A stretch of 64,000 nt of DNA, from contig JBIPSI010000020.1 of assembly GCA_044070495.1 (NCBI GenBank), positions 32,001 to 96,000 on the forward strand, given 5' to 3'. Below the pieces are notes generated by a model. The model did not search any database and was not told the DNA's origin. It saw nothing but the letters and a program-made list of their open reading frames with translations. The position numbers were made by a program, and so were the translations under genes. This DNA comes from Spirulina sp. GTDB taxonomy: Bacteria > Cyanobacteriota > Cyanobacteriia > Phormidesmidales > Phormidesmidaceae. Shown one piece after another: positions 63,845-64,000 of this stretch. Within the stretch, counting starts at the first letter, position 1, and each line of letters starts with the position of its first letter.

Positions 63845-64000
63845 GTGAAGATTGATCCAAAGGCTGTCCGATCTACGGCTCCTCATCCCGCTGTAGATCC
63901 CTTTGTATCGGTAATTATTCCAGTCTACAATGACGCCCGTCGTCTAAAAACCTGTCTTGCGGCTCTGGAGGAGCAAACTTACCCCAGCCACCGCTACGAA
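63845..64000 (+). CDS. glycosyltransferase family 2 (partial, runs off the window)
   Basis: Manual translation from GTG: ...FVSVIIPVYNDARRLKTCLAALEEQTYP. Confidence 0.85.
   Translation, partial: MKIDPKAVRSTAPHPAVDPFVSVIIPVYNDARRLKTCLAALEEQTYPSHRYE

Overview
This is a GC-rich cyanobacterial chromosome segment (chlL/chlN, EF-hand transaldolase, DXCF cyanobacteriochrome kinase); the lineage was not determined. It starts at the end of a CRISPR array with 15 complete 37-bp repeats (type III-D-like by recall) and no cas genes in the window. Next come housekeeping genes, a ~5-kb decayed toxin-antitoxin cluster (8.5-13.6 kb) and a low-GC two-gene islet (Clp-N domain plus a candidate effector-associated domain). 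The middle holds the chlL-chlN locus, arsS, C-DES, a BlaI/M56 pair, tal, fbp, mnmG and menB. The right part holds a kdpABGC-RR-kdpD operon with a divergent two-component pair, birA, an M23 peptidase and a thioesterase. The most unusual feature is an antisense four-helix-bundle (TIGR02436/Avd-like) gene inserted between kdpA and kdpB. It is accompanied by 8-bp tandem repeats (GGAAGGTT/AACCTTCC) in each intergenic gap from kdpD to kdpA and just before the divergent kinase, with polarity tied to start and stop codons; I saw them nowhere else in the window. Also notable are two MITEs with different ends but the same hairpin cargo, toxin-specific nonsense mutations, a DUF2442 gene tiled by three scattered fragments, and a candidate sRNA/small ORF. 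All family calls are from motif recognition by eye, without database searches.
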